DNA of 64,000 bases from a virus. Taxonomy: Duplodnaviria; Caudoviricetes. Positions within the stretch are counted from its first letter, which is position 1. Each line of letters opens with the position of its first letter. The stretch is from the IMG/VR virus record IMGVR_UViG_3300020577_007013, one strand, 5' to 3'. Below, piece by piece: positions 18,704 to 28,316 of the stretch. A program made the position numbers and the translations under genes. The notes below the pieces were generated by a model, which was not told the origin of the DNA, did not search any database, and saw only the letters and a list, made by a program, of their open reading frames with translations.

Positions 18704-20653
18704 TTAGTCCTCTTTTGATTCAGATTCTTCTGATAATTTTTGCTTTCCTTCTTTTTTCCATTCCACTAAAAGTGAAACGTCGAAGTCTTGACTTCCTATA
18801 CTTGAAGAATAGAAGTGTCTACCTCTGAATGTCCCTTCTCTAAATGATTTTTTTGTCTCTTTATAAATTTCGCTTTCGACTTGTTCTTTGAGATTCATTT
18901 TCTTTTTCATCGGTCTTTTTCTAGAAGTCGATTCTTTTGCTTCTCCAGTTTCAGGAGCCGGAGTTTCCTCAGTAGGAGGCTGTTCTTCTTCACCAGTCGG
19001 TGCTGGCTCTTCATTTGATAAGAGATCTAATGGGGAAGATTCCCCACCACCTCCACCAACTTCAGGAGCAGGAGCTTCTTCAGTAGAAGCTGCTTGTTGT
19101 CCAGGAAGTTGTCCCGTCAGTTGTCCAGAAGCCATTGTTAAGTCAACCCATTTCTCTATATCAGAAGGAGGATATGGAAGAATTTTTGTATAGACTTGAG
19201 TAACAACGTCTTTGTTAAGATTTTCTCCTTGAGCGACCAACTTAGCTTGAAGTGAGTCTAAGATTGAATTTGCCAAAGTAACAAGATCTGATTGCGATCC
19301 GATGAGCTCTCTATCAGATTGACTTTCAGGATAAGGCATTGTAAGTCTAAAGTCAATATCCTTTAAAGGAAATCTTCCAGACTGAACAAGATGTATCTTG
19401 ACAAGTTGTGTAATTTGTTCAAGAAGACAAGACTGAATGTGAAAGATCTGTCTTTTAAATGGAACATATTGTTGAATAAGTGAGATACCACTATTTCCAA
19501 ATGTTCCGTTATTGGGATCCAATAAGTTTCTCGGAAGACCTGTTGAGACAACCAAAGCATTGAGTAAAAGTTCCAAGTCACCTATATCACTAAGATCAAG
19601 TTGTGGAACAATTTGCTCATAAGTAAAGAGACCATCGATAGTTATAATTCTCTCACCGACCGCTATACCTTCTTTCTTTGTTTCTCTTAATCCTGAGTTG
19701 TCAAACTCTCTAATGAACTCCAAAACTTTTTCAATCTTATCTGTAGGAGACATTACGTTAGGAAGAGAAATTTTATAAAGATCAATCGGAAATTTTGCTC
19801 CTCTACCTACTGACTGAAGAGTCATCGCAGCATCATATTGTCTGAAAGGAGCAACACTGTGAATAAAAACAGGAATTCCGAATGGGTAGAATGGAGTCTT
19901 AGAAGTAAAGTTTCTGAAGTGAAGAAATCTCCAAGGAGGAAGAACGAAGTCTCCTACTTCGAATCCGAAAAGATATGACTTAAAATAAGTAGAGTAGTCT
20001 TCCTTAAGATCATCTATACTGTTGACTAAGTGTCTTAGCTTTTCATTTTTTGAAAGCATTGAATTGAGAGCTGAATTGACTTTATTAATTTCCTTCGATA
20101 CTTGATGAGGAGTAAACTCTAGTCTTGATTTTATATCGAATACATCTACAGGAAGGACTGTATCGATTCCAGCATCATTAAGAGTAGTCACCCATCCAGC
20201 ATTTCCATATTGAATAATGTTAAGAGCTGTTGACCTCAAATATTTTTCTATTCCTGATTTAGAGATGAACTCAAGAATAAAGTCTCTTAAGAAAGGATCT
20301 TGAGCTTCGACACCGATAATTTGTGAATTTGTGTCAGCTTGAACTGTCTCATCTGCCATGAGATTCATCGCTCTCGAAAGAAATGGACTATTGTAATAGA
20401 TCATGTCCATATCCATGAAGAGTTCTTTCCTATTTTGGAAAGATTCTCTGTCATCATGACAATCAGAGATCCAGTATTTTAGAAGAGTGTCTACTTGTTT
20501 TGGAAACTGTTCTCTAACACTATTATAGAGTCCTTCTCTATCCTTAACCAACTTTGTTGGAAATGGGACTTTTTTATCCTTATCGATTCCGATTTTGAAT
20601 AATCGCCTGAAAAGCGACACTTTTTCATTGGAAATTTGATTTTCTTCAGCCAT
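18704..20653 (-). CDS. portal protein (T4 gp20-like)
   Basis: MDM...LSRAMNLMADE, IIQYGNA, LPPWRFLHFR, PFGIP; Pro/Glu-rich tail; heads the head module. Confidence 0.88.
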   Translation of the reverse strand: MAEENQISNEKVSLFRRLFKIGIDKDKKVPFPTKLVKDREGLYNSVREQFPKQVDTLLKYWISDCHDDRESFQNRKELFMDMDMIYYNSPFLSRAMNLMADETVQADTNSQIIGVEAQDPFLRDFILEFISKSGIEKYLRSTALNIIQYGNAGWVTTLNDAGIDTVLPVDVFDIKSRLEFTPHQVSKEINKVNSALNSMLSKNEKLRHLVNSIDDLKEDYSTYFKSYLFGFEVGDFVLPPWRFLHFRNFTSKTPFYPFGIPVFIHSVAPFRQYDAAMTLQSVGRGAKFPIDLYKISLPNVMSPTDKIEKVLEFIREFDNSGLRETKKEGIAVGERIITIDGLFTYEQIVPQLDLSDIGDLELLLNALVVSTGLPRNLLDPNNGTFGNSGISLIQQYVPFKRQIFHIQSCLLEQITQLVKIHLVQSGRFPLKDIDFRLTMPYPESQSDRELIGSQSDLVTLANSILDSLQAKLVAQGENLNKDVVTQVYTKILPYPPSDIEKWVDLTMASGQLTGQLPGQQAASTEEAPAPEVGGGGGESSPLDLLSNEEPAPTGEEEQPPTEETPAPETGEAKESTSRKRPMKKKMNLKEQVESEIYKETKKSFREGTFRGRHFYSSSIGSQDFDVSLLVEWKKEGKQKLSEESESKED

Positions 20654-20770
20654 ATTGTAAGTTAGTCAGAATCTCGGAGAAATGAGAGTTGCAAGATAGA
20701 AAAGGTATAATAGAAAAATTGAGGTCTATGGGTTTTACCTATCGAGTTGTTCGACTCCGAAAAGAGAGCA

Positions 20771-20797
20771 TAAAAAAGCCGAGACAAGCTCGGCTTC
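20771..20797 (-). terminator. intrinsic terminator
   Basis: AAGCCGAG/CTCGGCTT stem followed by a U6 run on the minus strand. Confidence 0.85.
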
Positions 20798-20801
20798 ATT
20801 T

Positions 20802-21476
20802 TTAATGAATCGGTGAACCTTGATGTTGTCTCATCAAATCATTGTATTTCATTCTCATGGATTTTTTTACGAATTTAGGAGCTCCGATAAGTTTGCAAGC
20901 TTTGGAAAGTTTGGGTTTTCTCATTGAGAGAAGAGTATCGAAAATTTGTTTTTCAGTTTCAGTTAAGAGTGAGAACCAAGATTGCATGAAGTCTCTCTGT
21001 AGTAGGTTATTGAGAATGTGATTGGAAGCTTTGAAAGCCATTTGATCAGCTTTCCTTTTCTTATTACTTTCGAAATCTTCGAGATTGTCTTGATCGGTTC
21101 TAAGAAACTCTCTCTTTTTGGCAGAGACATAAGCCCAACCATTATTATGGTTGAACTTTCCTATCTCCTGTTCCCATAACATTCGTATATTGTAGGGCTT
21201 ATTGGGATCGAGTCTCATAATGTCAAATCGATTGAGTGACTCTAATAGACAAGTCTTCACCTCACTTACACATTCATCAAATGTGAGTCTCATTGAGCTT
21301 GGAAATTTTCGTCTCAATTTATGAGCGTAATCGAATATCGCTCTCTGATATCTGTCGATAATTACGATTAAAGATTTTTGAAGTCCTCCTTGATATGTGA
21401 GAGTGAGTTCTAAGTCATCCCAATTTTCTATATTTGAGGTATCGATTGTTTGAATAGTCGGGCTTTGTTGAGTCAT
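20802..21476 (-). CDS. phage sigma-factor-like protein (ECF/SigH-like)
   Basis: region-2-like DLELTLTYQGG...IIDRYQRAIFDYAHK...DECVSE...LLESLNRFD and region-4-like LTETEKQIF...KACKLIG. Confidence 0.6.
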   Translation of the reverse strand: MTQQSPTIQTIDTSNIENWDDLELTLTYQGGLQKSLIVIIDRYQRAIFDYAHKLRRKFPSSMRLTFDECVSEVKTCLLESLNRFDIMRLDPNKPYNIRMLWEQEIGKFNHNNGWAYVSAKKREFLRTDQDNLEDFESNKKRKADQMAFKASNHILNNLLQRDFMQSWFSLLTETEKQIFDTLLSMRKPKLSKACKLIGAPKFVKKSMRMKYNDLMRQHQGSPIH

Positions 21477-21547
21477 TTGAGTTTTCCTTTTTACAATTTA
21501 TTCTTGTATCCAACATGTATTTTGTTCTTACTTTGAAAACTGCTTTT

Positions 21548-21778
21548 TTAATTTTTGTTTCTGTTTTTCTCTGTGACGACTGTAGGAAAGATTTTTAGTT
21601 TGTCTCCGTATTTCTCCTTGATTTTATCTTCATATCTTCCGTATGAGAGAAGTGATTTGAACTTTTTGTCTTCGACCAATTTCGGACTTTGATTTTCGTC
21701 GAGATCAGTTTCGTCAAAAAGATAAGTCTCAATGAACTGCTTGTCTTTTGAGTAAGTCATTTCCTTCATGAGTTCCAT
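21548..21778 (-). CDS. hypothetical protein
   Basis: 76 aa, AAGGAGG RBS. Confidence 0.7.
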   Translation of the reverse strand: MELMKEMTYSKDKQFIETYLFDETDLDENQSPKLVEDKKFKSLLSYGRYEDKIKEKYGDKLKIFPTVVTEKNRNKN

Positions 21779-21795
21779 ATATCCTCCTTAGAAAG

Positions 21796-21825
21796 TAAAA
21801 AACCCAGAGATTTCTCTCTGGGTTC
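21796..21825 (-). terminator. intrinsic terminator
   Basis: AACCCAGAGA/TCTCTGGGTT stem plus U-run. Confidence 0.8.
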
Positions 21826-21844
21826 TGGAATGCAGGTATGTCTC

Positions 21845-22201
21845 TTAAGAAGCTTTTTTCTCGGTTGTCTCTTGATTTTTGATTTCAGCAATCTTCTTGA
21901 GAGTTGCTTCACGAACAGCTTCGGTTTTCTTGATGCGTTCTTGAAGAGCTTTCAGCTTTTCGTCTTTCTTTTCCTTGCTCAGACGCTTTTTCTCTTTCTT
22001 GAAAACCTGAGAGAAAGCTTTCTTAGCCTCTGTAGCTTCCTTACGGGCAGCTTCATAGGCAGCTTTTGCTTGTTCCTTTGTTGCTTTCGTCTTCTCCATT
22101 TTTGTGTGGAGTTGGCGAGCTTCAGGAGAAAGTGTCGAAGGATCGAAGACCTTCTTCTCCTTCTTTTTTTCTTTTTTCTCAGGCGTTTTTTCTTGGCTCA
22201 T
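21845..22201 (-). CDS. Lys/Glu/Ala-rich basic protein (histone-H1-like composition)
   Basis: low-complexity KKEKKK, AKAAYEAARKEA; own promoter, RBS and terminator. Confidence 0.7.
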   Translation of the reverse strand: MSQEKTPEKKEKKKEKKVFDPSTLSPEARQLHTKMEKTKATKEQAKAAYEAARKEATEAKKAFSQVFKKEKKRLSKEKKDEKLKALQERIKKTEAVREATLKKIAEIKNQETTEKKAS

Positions 22202-22247
22202 TTAGATCTCCTTTTTTAATTGTCTGATGTATTAACCATCTACATGT

Positions 22248-22281
22248 AATATAATCAATTCTGGCAAAATTGGACAAAAAA
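22248..22281 (-). promoter_or_regulatory. sigma70-like early promoter
   Basis: TTGTCC...AATTGATTATATT, near-copy of 9471-9503. Confidence 0.55.
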
Positions 22282-22323
22282 CGTCACAGGTTAAGTTAAG
22301 TAAAGGGAACTCGTAGGATCACC

Positions 22324-22388
22324 CGAGACATCCAGCCGAAATGGATCTCCAGGTCATTCTGGTTATTCATTCCCTGCTGGATGTCTCG
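22324..22388 (-). other. GC-rich long hairpin 3' of rIIB
   Basis: perfect 13-bp inverted repeat CGAGACATCCAGC/GCTGGATGTCTCG with an inner CCAG/CTGG stem. Confidence 0.7.
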
Positions 22389-22394
22389 TGAGAG

Positions 22395-23393
22395 TTAGAC
22401 TGTCTTGATGTACTTTTCTACTCGTGAAATTAGAGAGGCTTTATTCTTCAATACTGAGGGAGTGACTTTCATCTTCATGCCGATTGTCGAAGCATACTGA
22501 GCAATTTCCTTTGCTTTCATTCCCGTTAATTCTTCTTTTGTTTTGAATTTCGAAGTTGTAGGGGTGGTTCTCTTGACTACTGAAGAGGAGATCTGCTTTT
22601 CATCTCTATAGACTCCCACAGATTTGTATTGACAGACTCTCATTTTCATGTGATTATCGTATTCAGGAACAGAGACCACATCTTTAGGGTGAACGAGAAC
22701 TTCTATATGGAGAGTTCCTGGATAAGAGAATGAATAAGAGAAAGATGCGACATGAAGACCATTCGAACAATCGACTGTTCTATCTGGATTGACTTTCTTT
22801 CTCTCCATCTTGACAATCTTTCCTTTTGAATTGTCGAAAGTTCCTGTATAGCCATCCACCCATTTGTGGTCGTAAATTTTACCAGTCTTGATCAGATCGT
22901 CAACTTCTGACTGTGACATAAAAGAATGTTTGTCATTCTTGTCTCTCAGAACTTGAACTTTCTTATATGCTAAGAAGCGACCGTCTTCTGTAATTGGATG
23001 ATGATTCTTCTCAAGAAAAGTATACAGCTCTTCAATCGAGATTTTTGAAGGATTCAATTTGAGATTGTTCCAGAAGTTGATAAGTGGTTGGAGCTTTTCA
23101 TCTTCTTTAGAGAACTCCATTATCTTAATTTCTAAAGCTCTAGGAACAGGTTTGTTCTGACCTTTAAGATAAAATTTTCCGTCTTTCTCTCTGATATGCT
23201 CAGCATATTTTTTAGCTACTTCTTTCACAGGAAAGACTAGAGAGTTCAACGGATTGAGATTCTTCTCTTTAATAAGAGAGATAAGCCCTTCATAGAGTTC
23301 ATTGTCTCTATGAATCGTTTTTACCTTAGAACCTAAGGTAAAGGTAATTCCTTCCTTAGTTATTATGTACTTGATTTTTCCTTTGTTTTGCAT
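22395..23393 (-). CDS. rIIB: rIIB-like protein
   Basis: PLINFWNNLKLNPS, ELYTFL, PITEDGRFLAYKKV, CSNGLHV, VHPKDVVSVP, KMRVCQY. Confidence 0.92.
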   Translation of the reverse strand: MQNKGKIKYIITKEGITFTLGSKVKTIHRDNELYEGLISLIKEKNLNPLNSLVFPVKEVAKKYAEHIREKDGKFYLKGQNKPVPRALEIKIMEFSKEDEKLQPLINFWNNLKLNPSKISIEELYTFLEKNHHPITEDGRFLAYKKVQVLRDKNDKHSFMSQSEVDDLIKTGKIYDHKWVDGYTGTFDNSKGKIVKMERKKVNPDRTVDCSNGLHVASFSYSFSYPGTLHIEVLVHPKDVVSVPEYDNHMKMRVCQYKSVGVYRDEKQISSSVVKRTTPTTSKFKTKEELTGMKAKEIAQYASTIGMKMKVTPSVLKNKASLISRVEKYIKTV

Positions 23394-25671
23394 ATTTCCT
23401 CTTAAATTTTTCTAATTCTAAATAATAACGAATTTTCGAAGGAGAGCTTCTATGGACTAACTGAGTAATGAGAGGATTCTGTTTAAGAAATAGAGTCTGA
23501 CCTTCAAGTAATTCATCAATTTCTTTTGTGGTGAATCCTTGAATTCCTAATTCATCTATACATTTTTTGAAGAGTGATGAATATGAAGAGTATCGATTGT
23601 ATTCTGTAAACTTCGAAACCCCTTCTTTTAATTTTGTTGGAAGATAATCAATATAATCGTTTGAACTTCTCAATTTTTCTGAAATTGCTGAATGGTAAAT
23701 CGATTTTAACTCCTCTGTCGGAGTTATGTTCATGAGAAACTCTTTAGGAGTATTCATTATGGAAGAAATTAAAGAATGCTTTTTCGATCCCTCTTCAACA
23801 TAGTAAACAGATTTATTAAAAATGACTGAGCAACAAAGAGAAGCAAACTTGGATTGTATCGGTCCGATTTCCTTATCATAAGTTTCAAAAAGTAGATCAT
23901 CTCTATTTTCTATCTTTGAAAGATCCAGTCTGACCTTATAAGGCTGTTGATTTGAAGCTGATGTGAAATAAAGTCCTTTGACTATAGTGTGATCTTTCTC
24001 TCTTTTTTGTCTAGGCTTTTTCTCAAATTGTACTGTATCGAGATTAATGAGTCCTAAATCATAAATGAGACTTCTCTTAAATCGAGAGCATCTATCCATT
24101 AAACGATGTAGATCTCTTATTGAATAGTATCCATACGAATACGTATTCTTCTGTAAAGACAAAATTCTCTCAGTAAGAGACTCTTTATCATCGGTGGTCA
24201 AGAGCTTCTCTTTTAATCTGAAAATTTTATGAATTTTCTTCAAATGTTCTACTGCATTATTTTTAGGACTTATAATAACGAATCTATGACCTAAGACAGA
24301 CTCATAAAATGAGGATCCGTTGAAAAAATATCGATCATAAAGGTCTGAAGTATACTCCATCTTAGAGCTTATAAAAATCGAGTCTCCCATGATCGATTTA
24401 AAGGATTGAACGTTTGTCCTAGCTGAATTGGAGAGCTTACTATCTTTCATGACTCTGATTACTTCGAAATCTTCAAACATTTTGTCAAATTGGATAAAAG
24501 GCTTTCCGTTAAAAGATAGACTAGTAGCTACCAAATCCAAGTACGGCTTTATACAACAATAAAGAAGCTTTTCTTTTTCTGAATTTCCTACTATAATAGT
24601 GTTCATATCAGGATTCGAATGAAGAACTGAAGTCTCAACAGCAGTGAGGAACTCGAAATAATTATTTTGACTTTTAAGAGAGTCTGTCAGAATTCTGTAA
24701 GCTTCTTCCATAAGAAGACTTTGAGAATCTTGAAGCTTTGACTTAGTTTTTTCAGTAAATTGTAAATTTTCTCGATTGACTGTAATGTCAAGCTCAGAGT
24801 TCTTGAATTTGAGAACTTTTAGATAAGGCGGAGAGTAATGTCCAGTTTCATTTGCCTCAAATGGAGGACTGAACAGATAAGGTATCTCGTCAATAAGACA
24901 AATCCATTGATCGTTGGAGACTCTCTTCGATATAAGATGATTTCTATTTGTTAGAATAGAAAAATTGAATTCAGGATAATCTGTAAGATTACCTAAAGAA
25001 AGATCCCATCGATTTGTGAGTTCGAATTTAGGTTTAACAGACCAAAAGAGTGTGTAGAAGATAAGTTCATCTTCAAATATAGAGACATCTCCAATCTTGA
25101 TTGGAATGATAATTGAAGTTCCGTTCGGTTTCTTTGTTTTTCTTTCATCTAAAAGAAGAATTTTTCCTTTTTGAGTCTCGTCGACTACAGCAACGTAGAG
25201 ATATTTTTTTCCATCTACAATGGTTTCAATTGAGAATTTATCTGTATAAGAAAAAGGAGTTTTAGCTCCTAATCCAAATCCACCAGTAAGTTCGTTAGTA
25301 TTTCGTTTTGTTGATGCTGCGTATCTTAAGAAGACATTTTTCATTCTGTCAGGAGAAATTCCAGGACCTTCGTCTGAAATTGTAAGATTGTAAGAGTGGC
25401 TTTTGACAACGTCTCTCTCATATTCATGAGACTCGTTATTCAGTACCTTCTCCATCTTTACTGAAATAGGAACATTTCCTTTTCCTACCTCTCTGTTAGC
25501 GTCTCTTGCATTTGAGCAAATTTCTCTGCAAATGGATCCTATCGGATTTCCGTAGACTTTAGATCTGAGAATATCAAAGACAAGTCCCATATCAGCTTCA
25601 GATATGGAGAATGAAGTCTCCTCAAATGAAGAAGATTGTTCTACAAAAATATCTGGTTTTGGAATTTCCAT
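23356..25671 (-). CDS. rIIA: rIIA-like protein (N-terminal GHKL ATPase)
   Basis: REICSNARDA, DEGPGIS, STKRNTNELTGGFGLGAKTPFSY; directly upstream of rIIB. Confidence 0.92.
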   Translation of the reverse strand: MEIPKPDIFVEQSSSFEETSFSISEADMGLVFDILRSKVYGNPIGSICREICSNARDANREVGKGNVPISVKMEKVLNNESHEYERDVVKSHSYNLTISDEGPGISPDRMKNVFLRYAASTKRNTNELTGGFGLGAKTPFSYTDKFSIETIVDGKKYLYVAVVDETQKGKILLLDERKTKKPNGTSIIIPIKIGDVSIFEDELIFYTLFWSVKPKFELTNRWDLSLGNLTDYPEFNFSILTNRNHLISKRVSNDQWICLIDEIPYLFSPPFEANETGHYSPPYLKVLKFKNSELDITVNRENLQFTEKTKSKLQDSQSLLMEEAYRILTDSLKSQNNYFEFLTAVETSVLHSNPDMNTIIVGNSEKEKLLYCCIKPYLDLVATSLSFNGKPFIQFDKMFEDFEVIRVMKDSKLSNSARTNVQSFKSIMGDSIFISSKMEYTSDLYDRYFFNGSSFYESVLGHRFVIISPKNNAVEHLKKIHKIFRLKEKLLTTDDKESLTERILSLQKNTYSYGYYSIRDLHRLMDRCSRFKRSLIYDLGLINLDTVQFEKKPRQKREKDHTIVKGLYFTSASNQQPYKVRLDLSKIENRDDLLFETYDKEIGPIQSKFASLCCSVIFNKSVYYVEEGSKKHSLISSIMNTPKEFLMNITPTEELKSIYHSAISEKLRSSNDYIDYLPTKLKEGVSKFTEYNRYSSYSSLFKKCIDELGIQGFTTKEIDELLEGQTLFLKQNPLITQLVHRSSPSKIRYYLELEKFKRKYAKQRKNQVHNN

Positions 25672-25689
25672 TTATGTCCTTTTGTAAAT

Positions 25690-25718
25690 TGGGGGTCGGA
25701 GCATTCACTCCGACCCTC
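25690..25718 (-). terminator. strong hairpin between basic-protein gene and rIIA
   Basis: GGGTCGGAG/CTCCGACCC stem; weak U-tail, so partial terminator or processing site. Confidence 0.6.
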
Positions 25719-25722
25719 TAGG

Positions 25723-25977
25723 TTATTTTTTAGAAGCGAGTCGAGCTGCTTTGTCGTTGTTCTTCTTAGCTTCTTTGTCAGCTTTTTTACGAGCTTTCTC
25801 AGCCGCTTTTTCAGCTTTCTTCTTCTCTTTTTCTGCTTTTTTGTCTTCTTTCTCTTTTTTCAGAGCGTCTTTGCTTGACGATTTCAGAGTTTTGTATGCT
25901 TCTGAAGCATCTTTATAAGCGTCTTTCGCTCTGTCTTTTTTGTCTTTCGCTGCTGCGAGTTGGTCCTTAATTCCCAT
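25723..25977 (-). CDS. Lys/Ala-rich basic protein (histone-H1-like composition)
   Basis: KKAEKEKKKAEKAAEKARKKADKEAKK; GGAG RBS. Confidence 0.75.
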   Translation of the reverse strand: MGIKDQLAAAKDKKDRAKDAYKDASEAYKTLKSSSKDALKKEKEDKKAEKEKKKAEKAAEKARKKADKEAKKNNDKAARLASKK

Positions 25978-26020
25978 TTTTAATTTTCTCCGTTTTGTTT
26001 TTTAAGAGTATTGAGATACC

Positions 26021-26038
26021 CATGAATAATTATATTAC
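26021..26038 (-). promoter_or_regulatory. TAATATA-type early/middle promoter motif
   Basis: 18-nt CATGAATAATTATATTAC identical to 5832-5849; TAATATA also at 1050, 4566, 39414, 53925 and 54257, all intergenic. Confidence 0.6.
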
Positions 26039-26067
26039 GAAGAGAAGAAAAACGAAAAAAAGAAGAG

Positions 26068-27150
26068 TTACGGAACGGTGGTAAAAGTGAAAGCAAAGTC
26101 ATTCTCAATTTCAGAATTGTATTTATCCTTAGCTTGAGTGGAAATTAAGATAGTGTAAAGTTGATTATTAAGTAAATCGAGACTCGGAGTTATCGTCAAA
26201 GTCTTACTATCTGTAGACCATGAATAGTTCGCTGAGATATGAGGAGAATAGGAAATCGAAGCTTCTACAGTCTGTTCAGCCATTCCTTCACTAAAGACGA
26301 TAGTGATCGGAGCATTTACAGCTATTGAAGTAGCTCCTGAAGTAGGAGTTGTAGAGAGAATCTCAGGGGTATTCGGAATTGAAAAGTTCTCTTGAAAAAG
26401 TATTTCTTGATCTTGGTCTAAAGTTGTCAGATTAAGCAACATATTTCCAGGATCAACCAATCCATAAGCGGCTCTTTCAGAAACAAATATTCCAAAAACA
26501 GTTCGTCCTGGAAAAAAGTCAAGTCCAGGACCTTCTCCAGTAAACATGTACTCATAGTATTTGACTGTAGCTGTATGTTGAATATCCCAAATATTGTTGA
26601 CCCTTAACCATTCTTGAAAATTAGAAGCATAGGCACCTTTTGCTAAGGCAGAGTACTCTATATCGACGACGAATGCGGTGTCCTGTCCATTGATCTGAAT
26701 TGGGACTTTTAGTCTTGTGAGGAATGCAGCATCATTAATGAAATTTGAAAAAGCAATATTATAGTCTTCAGCTCTATTGAAAAAAGTTATAAGTGGAATT
26801 TCTATTTTACATGGAATTGCATGACAGTATCCAAGTCCCTCAACAAAATTGAATCCACCAGATGAGTAGAGATTTGATTTTTCTCTTATGACTTCCCTAT
26901 TTCCTACATTATAAGCAGTAAAAGGAAACTTCATATTTGTTTGAGAAAAAAAACGAGTAGCTTGCTGAACTACAGTATCACTTCCAGCTTCAATATCAGC
27001 AAGATAAGTTCTTTCTCTTATGGTTTTGACTATGTCTTGAAATCCTTCAAATGGAAAACAGTTGTAAGCTATATAAGTAAGAATACTCTCTACCATAGCC
27101 TTGACCACTGTAGGGTATTGAGGATTTGCTGGAAAAAATGGTTTCGGCAT
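26068..27150 (-). CDS. virion (tail completion-like) protein with C-terminal bacterial Ig-like domain
   Basis: C-terminal TPEILSTTPTSGATSIAVNAPITIVFSEGM...TLTITPS...FTFTT is a Big_5/SbsA-type Ig signature. Confidence 0.7.
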   Translation of the reverse strand: MPKPFFPANPQYPTVVKAMVESILTYIAYNCFPFEGFQDIVKTIRERTYLADIEAGSDTVVQQATRFFSQTNMKFPFTAYNVGNREVIREKSNLYSSGGFNFVEGLGYCHAIPCKIEIPLITFFNRAEDYNIAFSNFINDAAFLTRLKVPIQINGQDTAFVVDIEYSALAKGAYASNFQEWLRVNNIWDIQHTATVKYYEYMFTGEGPGLDFFPGRTVFGIFVSERAAYGLVDPGNMLLNLTTLDQDQEILFQENFSIPNTPEILSTTPTSGATSIAVNAPITIVFSEGMAEQTVEASISYSPHISANYSWSTDSKTLTITPSLDLLNNQLYTILISTQAKDKYNSEIENDFAFTFTTVP

Positions 27151-27168
27151 TCTCGGTAGCTTTAGTTA

Positions 27169-27612
27169 CTACCGAAGAGATTTCCTTTCAGAAGGAGAGG
27201 TTATTTTCTTCGGTGAAGATTTTTTAGGAACCAATCCAGAAGGAATTTCTTTTGAGTAGTACATTCCTCTAGAAGGAAGATTTACTTTAATTTCTTGATC
27301 ACCTTGTTTGATGACCACATCAGCGAATCTTCCGAAGTCAGAAGAAAGCTCTTCAATTTGGTCGAAGTCTTTTATTTCATCAATGACTTTCCCAGAAATA
27401 TCTTCGATGGTAAGAGTTATTCCACTGTCCTCATCTCCATAAAATCCAAAGCCCATAGCATTGGACATGAAATTGACTTTTGTAGATTTTGGAAAGTTAA
27501 TGGTGACTGTATACTTCGCTAAGTCAATATCTCCATTTTTATATTTGGATATGAAGTTATCTTTCTCTTTTGTAGGAAGAGCTTCTGTAAAAAATGATTT
27601 ATATTTTTCCAT
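27169..27612 (-). CDS. putative internal head protein
   Basis: MEKYKSFFTEA N-terminal motif. Confidence 0.6.
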   Translation of the reverse strand: MEKYKSFFTEALPTKEKDNFISKYKNGDIDLAKYTVTINFPKSTKVNFMSNAMGFGFYGDEDSGITLTIEDISGKVIDEIKDFDQIEELSSDFGRFADVVIKQGDQEIKVNLPSRGMYYSKEIPSGLVPKKSSPKKITSPSERKSLR

Positions 27613-27613
27613 A

Positions 27614-28315
27614 TTAATTTTTGAATGAGAAGTTTGCTAAATCAAGTGGCTTCTCTTCTTCCTCATCTGCAAGCTTTTGCTCTGCCTCTATTCTTTCCTG
27701 TTCAGTTTGCTCTTGATCTTCTTGAGGAGTCTCTTCTGGATTTTCTTCAGGAGATGTTCCTTCTAAGTCTCCTTCAGGAGTTTCTTCAGGATTCTCTTCT
27801 GGATTTTCTCCTGTGGTGTATGAAGATAAAAGATCTTCTATTCCTGTCTGATCTTCTCCTGTGTCTTCAGGAGAAGGTTCTTCTGAGTTTGTTCCTTCAG
27901 TATCGAGTCCAAAAAGATCTCCATCTGAAGACTCTCCGTCGGAGACTTCAGGAGTCTCTGTCGGAGCATTTAGCTCTCTTCCCATTAAAAGAAGTTTATC
28001 AATAATTTCTGAATCAAGTCCATACTTTTGAATTATTGAAACCAAAAGTTCAGAGACGCCTTCCTCAGCAACGTCTTCTGGAGATTCCTCTTGAGAGAAT
28101 GTTGTCGGAGCTTCTGGTTGAGTCTGATCTGCTTGACCTGACTGAGCAGTTTCATCAGGAAGATTATCTAAAGGATTCTCTTCTTGAATTGTCTCATCTT
28201 CCTCTTTGAGAAGATTCTTGAGTACTTTTATATCTTCTAAAAGAGAAAGGGTGGAGATTTTACTCTCCACCTTCTTTGTCTCAGAAAAATACGATTTGTA
28301 TCTTTCTTTTTTCAT
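27614..28315 (-). CDS. highly acidic putative core/scaffold protein
   Basis: MKKERYKSYFSE motif; PEENPEETP repeats; Glu-rich. Confidence 0.65.
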   Translation of the reverse strand: MKKERYKSYFSETKKVESKISTLSLLEDIKVLKNLLKEEDETIQEENPLDNLPDETAQSGQADQTQPEAPTTFSQEESPEDVAEEGVSELLVSIIQKYGLDSEIIDKLLLMGRELNAPTETPEVSDGESSDGDLFGLDTEGTNSEEPSPEDTGEDQTGIEDLLSSYTTGENPEENPEETPEGDLEGTSPEENPEETPQEDQEQTEQERIEAEQKLADEEEEKPLDLANFSFKN

Positions 28316-28316
28316 T

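Noticed and set aside
27700-27900. Short DNA repeats as a non-coding array
   Set aside because: Explained by PEENPEETP coding repeats of the acidic protein
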